Shown piece after piece: positions 41,447 through 50,582 of a stretch of 64,000 nucleotides of DNA. The translations under genes were made by a program, and so were the position numbers. This DNA comes from an uncultured Phycisphaerales bacterium (GTDB taxonomy: Bacteria; Planctomycetota; Phycisphaerae; Tepidisphaerales; Tepidisphaeraceae), in the NCBI GenBank assembly GCA_963755915.1, contig CAVWLP010000002.1:3520001-3584000 (forward strand), written 5' to 3'. Under the pieces are notes generated by a model. The model did no database searches and had not been told where the DNA came from. It saw nothing but the letters and a program-made list of their open reading frames with translations. Positions within the stretch are counted from its first letter, which is position 1; each line of letters starts with the position of its first letter.

Positions 41447-42055
41447 ATGGACCGCGGCGATTGGCAAAACCTGGTGGACCAACTTCGCGGCGCCGAGTAC
41501 CGGTTTGGCCTGCTTACACGCGATACGCCGGTCCATCGGTTACAGTTCGACGCTGGCCTCACTGACGCGGAAATCGCGGCCGCACAGACTCGATTTGGCT
41601 TTCGGTTTCCTCCCGACCTTCGTGCTTTTCTCCAAACCGCCCTCCCGCGTGGCCCAAGGTTCCCTGACTGGCGGTGTGGCGAGGAGCCTGGAATTCAAGA
41701 GTTGCTGGACCTTCCGCGACAGGGGATTCTGTTCGACATCGAGCACAACCAGTTCTGGCTGGAGGAGTGGGGACCACGGCCTCCCTCACTCGATGAGGCG
41801 TGCCGGATCGCCAGCGAATTGGTTGCCGCAGCTCCAAAGTTAATTCCGATATACGGTCATCGGATGATGCCGGATGAGCCGCACCTACCTGGCAACCCGG
41901 TATTTTCGGTCCACCAGACGGACATCATCTACTACGGGTTTGACTTGGCGGACTACTTCCGGCATGAGTTCGACCTGCCGGGCAGGGAGCCGTGGCCGGA
42001 CACGATACGGCCGATCCGGTTCTGGGACATCGGCCGGTTTCAGGAAGTGCGATAG
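41447..42055 (+). CDS. SMI1/KNR4 (SUKH) family protein
   Basis: 'GLTDAEIAAAQTRFGFRFPPDLRAFL', 'APKLIPIYGHR', 'NPVFSVHQTDIIYYG'. Confidence 0.8.
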   Translation: MDRGDWQNLVDQLRGAEYRFGLLTRDTPVHRLQFDAGLTDAEIAAAQTRFGFRFPPDLRAFLQTALPRGPRFPDWRCGEEPGIQELLDLPRQGILFDIEHNQFWLEEWGPRPPSLDEACRIASELVAAAPKLIPIYGHRMMPDEPHLPGNPVFSVHQTDIIYYGFDLADYFRHEFDLPGREPWPDTIRPIRFWDIGRFQEVR

Positions 42056-42723
42056 CCAGGGGGTTCGTAAGCGACAGGTCTACGCTGGCACGCCGCAACA
42101 CTGCTGCTTCTGCCGGTCCGGAAGCAATCCCTCAACCCGGCTGATCGGCGTCGCCGGCAAGTTCGTCAGCAATTGAGTCGGCGCTGGGGGTCCTGAAATC
42201 AGCTCCTCGCCAGTCTCTCACAAAGGGATGCGGATGGCGGAACGGATACCGACGATTGTGTCGATGAAACTCACTCCCACGATTTTCCCTCCGTCATTCT
42301 CAATGTCCACGAGTGGGTGAGGGTTGGACGACCAACTTCCGCCTATAATTGGGTGTTCAAGGAGCATTAGCCGCCGCGTTTTGCCAGGATGCTCCAAATG
42401 GCTCGTGCGTCTCTGAAGATAACCCGCCGGTCGATGGTGACGATTGCATTGCCTGAAGGCGGGTACGCCCAATTCAAACTTAACGGCAGGTTGCCCGTGT
42501 ATTGCTCCCGTCCGGACACGCCTTGGCTCGATTCATTTGAGGTTAAGTTTGCGACGGTGCGTGGAGCTTACATTGACCATAACGCGCGGCGATTCCTCAC
42601 CGAGAAACTTCCCATCCTGAGCGAATCATTGCTGTTGCAGCGTTACCGCGAGGGGCGAGGCATAGACTTGAAAGAGCTTCAGCGTGCGCCGGTTATTACT
42701 GCTCGCGAAGCGCGGGAACATTC

Positions 42724-43182
42724 TCATTGATTCGGCCTAGTCGAATAGACTTGAGGAAAAGGCTCGGAACGGCCTGTGATGGGGGCCGGGGGCGACGAAT
42801 CCGCCGTCAGGCTGCGCTGGCTTGTCGAGTGGATGCAATAGAGCATTACTGCTGCTCCGGCGGTCACACAAAATGTGCTGAGAATGAGTGCCGCCGACTT
42901 TAATGATGCCCGGCAGGACAATCCACGCAGCGCAAACATCGTGCCCGTGGTCACGATTGCGAGGATCGCATACTCAACCGTGAGTCGCCCGCAATCCAAC
43001 AACAGGCTGTCCGACACATCTTCGAGTCTGTCAGTTGGAGGGGCGGCAATGAAGGCATAGCTCACAGGATATTCGGCTGGCCCGTTCGTGAAATGAGCGA
43101 TTACAATCCACGGCGGAAAAAGCCCAATCAGGACCGCCAGCATCAACGCCAGGATAAGAATTGTGCGCTGCCAAATGTTCAC
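42724..43182 (-). CDS. Hypothetical membrane protein
   Basis: 'QRTILIL...GLFPPW' and about 3 hydrophobic segments. Confidence 0.55.
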   Translation of the reverse strand: MNIWQRTILILALMLAVLIGLFPPWIVIAHFTNGPAEYPVSYAFIAAPPTDRLEDVSDSLLLDCGRLTVEYAILAIVTTGTMFALRGLSCRASLKSAALILSTFCVTAGAAVMLYCIHSTSQRSLTADSSPPAPITGRSEPFPQVYSTRPNQ

Positions 43183-43443
43183 GGCTGGTCCCTTACCGGC
43201 CTATCGGCTGAATCGCGTGGCGAGTGTAATAAATTACACTGACCGACACCCCTGCCGCCGTTACCGTTTTCGGCGGTGCTCAAGGACGAACTGCGAATGG
43301 CACGGATTAGCGTCCAATCTCACATTTGAGGGTATCGAAAATCCCAAAACCGGCGCGGCGGAACAGTGGCGCACGTTGCTTGCTCAGATTAGGGCTGTTC
43401 CGACAACTCAATTGACCACCCAATTGCCGGCATACAATCAACC

Positions 43444-43662
43444 ATGTTGTTGTCAATTTCTGAAGCCGCAAACCGTTTGAGTATTCCCTCAAGAGCCGTT
43501 GCTTATGCACTCCGCAAAAACCTTGTGCCGAGTGTGCGGGTAGAAGGATATCGCAAAGTCCACACCGATGATTTGCCAAAGTTAAAGAGGGTCGTGCAAC
43601 CTAAACCGCAGCCTGCCCGTGGCTCCCGACGTTCTTTTATCAATCGAAAGATGCCCCAGTAG
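43444..43662 (+). CDS. Small HTH DNA-binding protein
   Basis: 'LLSISEAANRLSIPSRAVAYALRKNLVPS'. Confidence 0.6.
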   Translation: MLLSISEAANRLSIPSRAVAYALRKNLVPSVRVEGYRKVHTDDLPKLKRVVQPKPQPARGSRRSFINRKMPQ

Positions 43663-43677
43663 GCATAGGAGAGAACA

Positions 43678-43953
43678 ATGCACGATGACGATATCACCAG
43701 CCAATTTGAATTATGTAGCCCAAAACAAATTGCAGAAACACCCATTCAATTTCTCACTCTGTCCGACATAATCACGCACTTGTGGGGACGATATGACGCA
43801 ATCGCCGTCTCTGCAATGAATGAAGGGGATGAGCTACCGATCTTGTCGGCTTGTTTGGGATCAATTAAATTGCGGCAAGTGGTGCTCGACCACCTACATG
43901 AGATTGAGGAAATCACCCCTGCCGAAACCGACGGCGATGACTCCGGGGGATAA
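43678..43953 (+). CDS. Hypothetical acidic protein
   Basis: RBS AGGAG before ATG; co-oriented with the HTH gene. Confidence 0.4.
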   Translation: MHDDDITSQFELCSPKQIAETPIQFLTLSDIITHLWGRYDAIAVSAMNEGDELPILSACLGSIKLRQVVLDHLHEIEEITPAETDGDDSGG

Positions 43954-44363
43954 TTGGCTGGCCGGTCCTTGCACTCTCCACCAATACATACTTGTCGAAA
44001 CCCGCACGTTGATTCCATTCTTCAGCAAGCTTTTTGGCGTCCTCAATCAACTTCACTACGATATTGTGATTGGCTACAATTCCATGCCGTGGCTTGGCAT
44101 ACTCCCGTATCACAACATTCTCATAGCCGTCCTCTGGCGGATCATTTTTGAGGAGTTGTATATATTCAATGCCGCCGGGGCTGGTCTGCCATCGCTTCAT
44201 CGTTCCCCTTTCGTGGTGATGTAGAATCATCGGCACAAACAGCGCAACGATTGGGGATTCAGAATTGCAATAGCCGGTCCAATAACGCCCTTAACACACT
44301 CCGAATGTAGCCGCTCGTGCCTATATCCCGATGATCCCCGACCATCGCCAAAGGGGATTCATC

Positions 44364-44963
44364 ATGGGCAGCAAGCTATTTCCGCTCGTTTGTGTGGTCG
44401 TATCCATCATGTCGATGGCAGTCGCGTCCAGCGGACAGATAATTGCGGGACCAGTCACAAATCCATCGAACAACTTCCAGTACTATCTGCTCGCGGTAAA
44501 CACTTGGACAAATTCGGAAGCTGAGGCGATTTCGATGGGCGGGAACCTCGCAACAATCACCGACGCATCGGAGAACGCATGGATACTAAATACCTTCAGC
44601 CCATTCGTAGATTCCGGCTTGTGGATTGGCTTCTATGACCCGGACATCGGTGATACTGCGGGTGCTCAACACGCTGCTGATTTTATTTGGGCGAGCGGCG
44701 CACCAATAACCTATACAAATTGGGCACCGGGAGAACCGAATGATGGTGCGGGAGGGTTTGGCGGGGAGTATTATACGGCCATGTATCCCTCGCTTTATGG
44801 CACAAATGGCCCGGCGGGAACTTGGAACGATGAGAATAACACCGGATCGGGAACTATTGACTTTGGTGTGGTGGAGGTAGTGCCTGAGCCATCGTCGATT
44901 GGGTTGCTGGCGTTACCGCCGCTCATCCTGCATCGTCGTCGCGTTAATCTGCATAACCAATAA
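44364..44963 (+). CDS. C-type lectin domain PEP-CTERM protein
   Basis: 'W..SEAEA...GGNLATI', 'WIG', 'YTNWAPGEPND', 'WND'; VPEPS + TM + RRR. Confidence 0.9.
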   Translation: MGSKLFPLVCVVVSIMSMAVASSGQIIAGPVTNPSNNFQYYLLAVNTWTNSEAEAISMGGNLATITDASENAWILNTFSPFVDSGLWIGFYDPDIGDTAGAQHAADFIWASGAPITYTNWAPGEPNDGAGGFGGEYYTAMYPSLYGTNGPAGTWNDENNTGSGTIDFGVVEVVPEPSSIGLLALPPLILHRRRVNLHNQ

Positions 44964-45005
44964 TGGCGGCTTTGCCGCGCTCCCGAACGTGGTGTACGTT
45001 GACGC

Positions 45006-45266
45006 ATGGCGCACGAGCCTGAAGTCATCTATGATATCTCACACCTGACGGGAATCGGCGAAGCTCCCGCGATGCCTGTCCCTCCACCTGGACAACCCAC
45101 CACGATGACCGCTCACCAGCTTGCCGCTTACTGGCAAGTCTCACTGCGGACGATCCGCACGCTCTACGCCACGGGCAAGCTCCCAAAACCTGAACGTGTG
45201 GGCCGATCCTTGCGCTGGCGGACTGAGGATATTCAGCGTACTCCACCGCCCCGCAAAGGCTCATAG
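45006..45266 (+). CDS. Excisionase/AlpA-like HTH protein
   Basis: 'MTAHQLAAYWQVSLRTIRTLYATGKLPKPERVGRSLRW'. Confidence 0.8.
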   Translation: MAHEPEVIYDISHLTGIGEAPAMPVPPPGQPTTMTAHQLAAYWQVSLRTIRTLYATGKLPKPERVGRSLRWRTEDIQRTPPPRKGS

Positions 45267-45482
45267 CAGCCACGTTTTCAAGCTCACGCGGCTCGCATCC
45301 CGATTTCTTCGCCCTCGCCGCATTTTGCTTCCCACGAGCAATCTCACCACCGACGCCCGATTTTGTCGATTTTAGGGTTTAATCGGACCATTACGCTTAT
45401 CTCGACATCAACCCGTGTTGGCGCGTGATTCCATCCCCAGAATGTGCCGTCGCCCGCTAAAAGACCATGGTATATCCGTGGC

Positions 45483-46586
45483 ATGGCGATCATTTACCAG
45501 CGGAAGCGGAATGGCCCGTGGTACGCGGATTACGTCGATGCCGATGGCATCCGCACCCGCAAGACCACAGGCACGGGGGACAAGACAGCGGCCCAATTGA
45601 TCGCAGACCAATGGGAGCGTGATAAGGCTTTAATCAAGGGCGGGTTTGTCACCACGTCCGCAGTAAAGACGCGAGATTCAGGCAGTCAATCTGTATCCAA
45701 ATTCATTGGCTCGTACATCGCTGAATGCAAAAGTAATGGGCAATCAGCTATTCACGTCAGCATCAAGGAATCCCAATTGAATCGGCTGGTGAAGTTCACT
45801 GGTGCGAAAATTCTTGCGGACATTACGGCGGATGAAATCGCACGGTATCTAGACGACTTGAAAATAAAGAAGCTGTCGAATCGAACAAGAAATCAGCACC
45901 GGACCACGTTCGCATCGCTCTATGAATATCTCTGTGAGAAGCACTACGCAGCGTCCAACATCGTCAAGGGTATTAAGACTCTGAACGATGACAAGGATCG
46001 GCGACGTGTCCGCAGGGCTTTGATGAAAGAAGAAATCGCCCTGCTTTTTCAAGTCAATTCTCAACGCGCCCTGTACTACAAATTCGCGATTTACACTGGC
46101 CTGAGAGTTCGGACGGCCAAAGCGATCCGCTGGTGTGACATCGACATCGACGCGGCAATCATTACCGTGCCAGCACCCATCATCAAATCAGCCCACGATT
46201 TTGAGCTACCAATTCACCCGGATTTGTTAGGCGCGTTGCGTGAGGCAAAAGCACAGGCGAAATTGCCGACAGACCGGGTATTCAATCACATCCCTTCAAT
46301 ACGCACCTTCCATCGTGATTGCGAGCGGGCGGGCATTCCCCGATACGATGCGGCGGGACGCCAGCTTGATCGCCACGCCTTACGCACATCGTTCGGGACG
46401 AATCTGGCAAGGTCTGGTGTGTTGCCTCAACACGCGATGAAGCTGCTTGGCCATACCGATCTGCGGACCACAATGAAGCACTACACGGCCCTCACGCTTG
46501 ATGACCGTGCCTTAGCACTGGCGAAATTCACTGTGCCTCCCCCGGCTTCCAACGCTCAGCAGACTCCCACAACTAAGGCGGGCTGA
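45483..46586 (+). CDS. Tyrosine recombinase/integrase (island 2)
   Basis: TGLR, HALR, LGH and HY motifs; shares 'RTFHRDCERAGI.RYDA.GRQLDRHALRT' with 17400-18821. Confidence 0.95.
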   Translation: MAIIYQRKRNGPWYADYVDADGIRTRKTTGTGDKTAAQLIADQWERDKALIKGGFVTTSAVKTRDSGSQSVSKFIGSYIAECKSNGQSAIHVSIKESQLNRLVKFTGAKILADITADEIARYLDDLKIKKLSNRTRNQHRTTFASLYEYLCEKHYAASNIVKGIKTLNDDKDRRRVRRALMKEEIALLFQVNSQRALYYKFAIYTGLRVRTAKAIRWCDIDIDAAIITVPAPIIKSAHDFELPIHPDLLGALREAKAQAKLPTDRVFNHIPSIRTFHRDCERAGIPRYDAAGRQLDRHALRTSFGTNLARSGVLPQHAMKLLGHTDLRTTMKHYTALTLDDRALALAKFTVPPPASNAQQTPTTKAG

Positions 46587-46723
46587 AATTTCTAAATAGT
46601 TGTTGCTCACCCCTTGTGCCGTATATGTGTCAGATTCGCTGCACCTGATTGCATCGCGTTGCATCTATGGATCGCGTTCAAGCGTCCGATAAACAATGGG
46701 TTAGCTCAGAAAAACCGTGTTGG

Positions 46724-46752
46724 TTGCGTAATTTCAAAATCCGCATTACCAT
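46724..46752 (+). promoter_or_regulatory. Island-supplied promoter for tRNA-Val
   Basis: TTGCGT-17 bp-TACCAT, 11 nt before the tRNA start. Confidence 0.65.
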
Positions 46753-48107
46753 GCGAATAACACGGGCGATTGGCGCAGTTGGCTAGCGCACCAGCATGAC
46801 ACGCTGGGGGTCACAGGTTCGAGCCCTGTATCGCCCATTTCCACTTCTTCGCATTGCGTCGCATCATTTCGCACAGTATCGCAAGCTCCGGCAGATGGAG
46901 CATTTGCGGAATCTGAGCCGGAACATGGTGCGACATGCTGCGACGCCTTGCGAGCAGATGCTGCACTGGATTCTGCACCGCCTGTCTCAGACGCTGCTTC
47001 CGCCGCCTTTGCAAAATGCTCATCGGTGATCTGAAGGTAGTGATCGCGCGCTACCACCTCGCTGTTGCCAATCCAGGCACAGACCACATGAGCAGGCCAG
47101 CTTTCCGTCAGTTCCGTCTGCCGTGACGACCGAAGATTCTGAAAGAGCTTTGGCCACGGCTCGATCCCGGCTTTGGCAAGAATCCGGAGGAATTGCGTGC
47201 GAATGTTGACGGCCGGATTGCGGTATCGGGTGATGACATACGTGGCGCCCTCTTCCGCCTGGGCGAACGCTTTCAAAAGGTGTGATTTGAGTTCAGGAAA
47301 CAGCGGAATGAGCCTCGACTCTTTCCCGACGTGGTGCTCCGTCTTGCTCGCCCGGATGAGAATTTTCGATTGATCCCACAGCACGTCGCCCCAGCGAAGC
47401 GCCAGGACTTCACTCGGCACCCTCACGCCCCCGTACCGTGCCAGTGCAATGATTAGTTTCCACTCGACATCAGGAGCCGCGGCAATCGCCTTCTCGATTA
47501 CCGCCCGACTGATAAAACGCTGCCGCTGCGGGTTCTTCTGCGACCCCGCCTTAACCTTTGAAAAGGGACTTTTCGCAATCCGCTCACCATCGACAGCATC
47601 TTTGAAGAATTGACGTGCACGGAGCACGATTTTTGCCACATAGGCCGAGGAATGCTTCGCCGAGAGGTCCCGTTTGAAATCCAATGCGTCGGCAACGGTG
47701 ATCGTATGGACCGACTTATCCTTCCCAAAAAACTTAACCAGCTTATCCCGTGATTGCTTGAGGGTCGTGATTGACCACGGCTTCATATCGGCCCGTCGGC
47801 GGTCGATGTAATCATCCACCATTTTTGCCAGGGTGAGAGGACCGTCGCTCGAATGTTTTCGGGCGGACGTTAGACGGGTACGCGCCAAACGGTCGTGCAA
47901 TTCGTCGCTGATAGAAGCCAGCCAGTTGACCGTATCGACGTGCAATGGCATTCCCGTCTTGATTGCCCCGATCAGGCGTTCGACATGCAGCTTGACCCCT
48001 TCGGCTGTCCGCTGGTCGCACTTGCCGAGTCGAACGCTCCGGCGTTTCTCATCAAGTCCCACAAACTGAATCGCTCTTCGCCCGCTTTCATTGGTGATGC
48101 TCGCCAT
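46746..48107 (-). CDS. Tyrosine recombinase/integrase (island 3); its tail reads antisense through the tRNA
   Basis: 'ARYGGVRVPSE', 'KTEHH', 'FQNLRSSRQTEL', 'WIGNS..VA..HYLQ'. Confidence 0.9.
   Translation of the reverse strand: MASITNESGRRAIQFVGLDEKRRSVRLGKCDQRTAEGVKLHVERLIGAIKTGMPLHVDTVNWLASISDELHDRLARTRLTSARKHSSDGPLTLAKMVDDYIDRRRADMKPWSITTLKQSRDKLVKFFGKDKSVHTITVADALDFKRDLSAKHSSAYVAKIVLRARQFFKDAVDGERIAKSPFSKVKAGSQKNPQRQRFISRAVIEKAIAAAPDVEWKLIIALARYGGVRVPSEVLALRWGDVLWDQSKILIRASKTEHHVGKESRLIPLFPELKSHLLKAFAQAEEGATYVITRYRNPAVNIRTQFLRILAKAGIEPWPKLFQNLRSSRQTELTESWPAHVVCAWIGNSEVVARDHYLQITDEHFAKAAEAASETGGAESSAASARKASQHVAPCSGSDSANAPSAGACDTVRNDATQCEEVEMGDTGLEPVTPSVSCWCASQLRQSPVLFAW
46764..46837 (+). 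tRNA. tRNA-Val(GAC)
   Basis: Acceptor GGGCGAT/ATCGCCC, anticodon stem CCAGC/GCTGG with loop ATGACAC, T-arm ACAGG-TTCGAGC-CCTGT; CCA not encoded. Confidence 0.95.
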
Positions 48108-48110
48108 GAC

Positions 48111-48320
48111 TCATGCTCCAGATTCAACCTGCTGCCGCGTCCAATTTTCCAAATCGACCACGCGATACCGAACGCTTTTACCGATACGCACCGCCGGGAT
48201 TATTCGATCCCGCGTCAGTTGCCAGAGTGTCCTCGGGCTGACGCAAAGCCGTCGAGCGGCTTCGCGGCAATCCACCAAAATGACGGATGCGGGACTGCTG
48301 TTCGGCTTTCTCATCATCAT
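48111..48320 (-). CDS. Excisionase-like HTH protein
   Basis: 'LVDCREAARRLCVSPRTLWQLT....IPAVRIGKSVRY'. Confidence 0.85.
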   Translation of the reverse strand: MMMRKPNSSPASVILVDCREAARRLCVSPRTLWQLTRDRIIPAVRIGKSVRYRVVDLENWTRQQVESGA

Positions 48321-48422
48321 ACGATCTCTGCGAACGGACGGATCAAATGACTTGACGGATTCCTTCCGCAATCCCCGCGCGGCTTCGCGCGGTGCGGTGT
48401 CCTTCAAACAATATCTGTATAG

Positions 48423-48459
48423 AAAAAAAGGGCGGGATGGCCTTGGCCACATCCCGCCC
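48423..48459 (-). terminator. Rho-independent terminator
   Basis: 10-bp stem GGGCGGGATG/CATCCCGCCC followed by 7 T on the minus strand. Confidence 0.7.
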
Positions 48460-48634
48460 GCCGGATTCGACCCGACTACGCTTCAGGTAGATTGGTCCCG
48501 TCGGGCTTATCCTTGGCCTTCACAGGCTCTTCGCTCATTTTGTTCGACAGGCCCTTCATCAAAATGAGAAAGGCCAGCAGGATCAATAACAGCGTCGTCA
48601 TTGGTGTTTCCTTTCTTAAAATGTTGCTGCCGGC

Positions 48635-48910
48635 TTACAGGTCCATTCCCCCATCATCCCGCCCACGCTCATCCCGGTCGGCGCCGGCACGGGCGAGAAT
48701 CGAGTCATCTTCGAGCTCTGGCGATTCTTCCCGCCGCGCTTCGGTCACTTCGCCGGGTGTGGCCATGCCCGGCATCGCGTAGTTCGTCGGCTGAGCGATT
48801 GGCGAATCGGCCAACGGCAACGCGGCCCTCAGTTCAGCAAGCCCCTGACGGAAGTACCCCGACAAGGCCGTTGCCCCTAACTTGGGCGCACGTTCACTTT
48901 CGTCTGCCAT
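48635..48910 (-). CDS. Hypothetical protein
   Basis: RBS AAGGAGAA; acidic C-terminus 'RERGRDDGGMDL'. Confidence 0.55.
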   Translation of the reverse strand: MADESERAPKLGATALSGYFRQGLAELRAALPLADSPIAQPTNYAMPGMATPGEVTEARREESPELEDDSILARAGADRDERGRDDGGMDL

Positions 48911-49186
48911 GATATTCTCCTTTCAATAGGCTTAATCCTCTTGCATCTGCCGAAAGTTTTCTGCGATTTCGCGCTGCTCGATGACGGCATCATTCAGCTC
49001 CACGGCACGCTCGCGTAGGGCCGAAGCGACGCAGTAACCACGCACCAGGACGAACACACCGGCCAGCATCAGGTAGTCACCGAGCGGACGATTCAGAAGA
49101 TGAATTGCGAACCCGATGCACAGCACCAGCACTGCTTCCACCAGCTTTACGTGGATTTCCTGCCACCCCGGTAGAAGTCGGCACAG

Positions 49187-49380
49187 ATGCGGCCGGCCGG
49201 AATAGCGCGAATGGCGGAGTTGGCGCAAGCCGTCACGGATCGAAATCCCATGGATGGGCACCTGTTCCTGTTCCGCGGACGCGGCGGGGACCGGCTCAAG
49301 ATTCTTTACTGGGACAAGGACGGATGGGCGCTGTGGTACAAGCGACTTGAAGAAGGAACGTTCAAGCTGCCGCGGATCTC
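49187..49380 (+). pseudogene. IS66 TnpB fragment, truncating a minus-strand membrane-protein gene (48932-about 49200)
   Basis: 'GHLFLFRGRGGDRLKILYWDKDGWALWYKRLEEGTF' without flanking tnpA or tnpC. Confidence 0.75.
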
Positions 49381-49753
49381 CCCATTCGCCATCAGACATA
49401 AGCCGATTCGACTCGCCAAATACCCCATGTCCTCAATATGATAATAACGACCCACGAGCGCTGCCTCTCAGAATCACCAGTCTGTCGGGCCGAAGCAGAA
49501 CGGGATGTCTGGAGCCTTGCCGCGTCGAAAGGGTATGTTCGGCCAGGCATGTCGCATTCTTCAACTTGCAAGTCGCATTTCACTTCGTGAAATTTCCGCA
49601 AAAAACCTAAAATTCTAGACCAATTTTTCTTGCTGGCCTCATGACAGCGCCGTATCAGGGAGATCGCGAATTGTGTCGGCGAAGCGGTGGCGTGCAGGTG
49701 CTGATACCCGCAACTCCGCTCAACTTGGGGGTTCTTTCTGGAAGGAGGAAGGG

Positions 49754-50422
49754 ATGCCAAGCTGCCACACCAAGCTGGGGGTCATGCGGGCCAAGGGCAA
49801 AGCGATCGCTTCAGTTTCTGCTTTGATCTGCCTCGCCACGGGCGTTCTTGGGGCCCCTGCTTGCGCCGCCATCATTACGCCCAGCACCTATTCCAGTATA
49901 GGCGCCGCCGGTAACGGCACCGCGACGGTCCTCAGTAACCCGCCGAGCTTCGATATCACCAGCGCTGCCAAGTCCTTCACCTCTATTGGCCCGCTGGATT
50001 TTGTCTTCCCGGTGACGTATACCGACAACAACTCCACCGTCACCTATTTCGTGTCGGAAGGCATCACCAATAATACCACCAGCACCTGGAGCGATTACCA
50101 CGAACAGATCGGCACCGGAAGCGACGGGCAGTTTACGCTCGGCAGCAATCCCGTCACGTTCGTCGATCCCCCGGACTCGACCTTCACCAACCCACCATTC
50201 CCCAGCATTACCGACTCGCCCGACGAGATTGACTACTCCGGTGGCGCGATAGCCCCCGGCCAGGCCATTTCGCTGACTTTTTCCATCACCGTCCCCGACA
50301 ATGGCACGAGCCCTTACGACTTCACGTTGCGTCAGTTCCCGACGGTAGTGCCGGAACCGGCGAGTCTCGGCGTGCTACTGGTGGGGGCAATCGGCCTGCT
50401 CGGCCGCCGAAAAAGAAGCTGA
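49754..50422 (+). CDS. PEP-CTERM protein
   Basis: Signal peptide, 'ITNNTTSTWSDYH', VPEPA + TM + RRKR. Confidence 0.85.
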   Translation: MPSCHTKLGVMRAKGKAIASVSALICLATGVLGAPACAAIITPSTYSSIGAAGNGTATVLSNPPSFDITSAAKSFTSIGPLDFVFPVTYTDNNSTVTYFVSEGITNNTTSTWSDYHEQIGTGSDGQFTLGSNPVTFVDPPDSTFTNPPFPSITDSPDEIDYSGGAIAPGQAISLTFSITVPDNGTSPYDFTLRQFPTVVPEPASLGVLLVGAIGLLGRRKRS

Positions 50423-50582
50423 ACTACCGACAGCGTTTTTAGCTGCCTGTCTGAAATTCTCGCGGTTCCCGTTCGAGGCGTCCCACACATCTTTTCCCGG
50501 AACGCCAGGGCGGGGTAATTTCAGGAGCTGCGAGGCGATTTCGGCTGGGCAAAGTCAATTCACCATAAACGGAGGAACTGCT

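Larger units (their letters stand above)
39002..42249 (+). mobile_element. IS66-family element with passenger gene
   Basis: Ends GTATCCG...CGGATAC; direct repeat CGACGATTG at 38993-39001 and 42250-42258. Confidence 0.85.
18784..46785. mobile_element. Integrative island 2 (integrase, primase-helicase, ArdC, nested transposons)
   Basis: Bounded by tRNA-Val 5' repeats; integrase 45483-46586 is homologous to the island 1 integrase. Confidence 0.85.

Noticed and set aside
9165-46785. Complete prophage or conjugative ICE
   Set aside because: No terminase, capsid, tail, lysis, relaxase or T4SS genes recognised.
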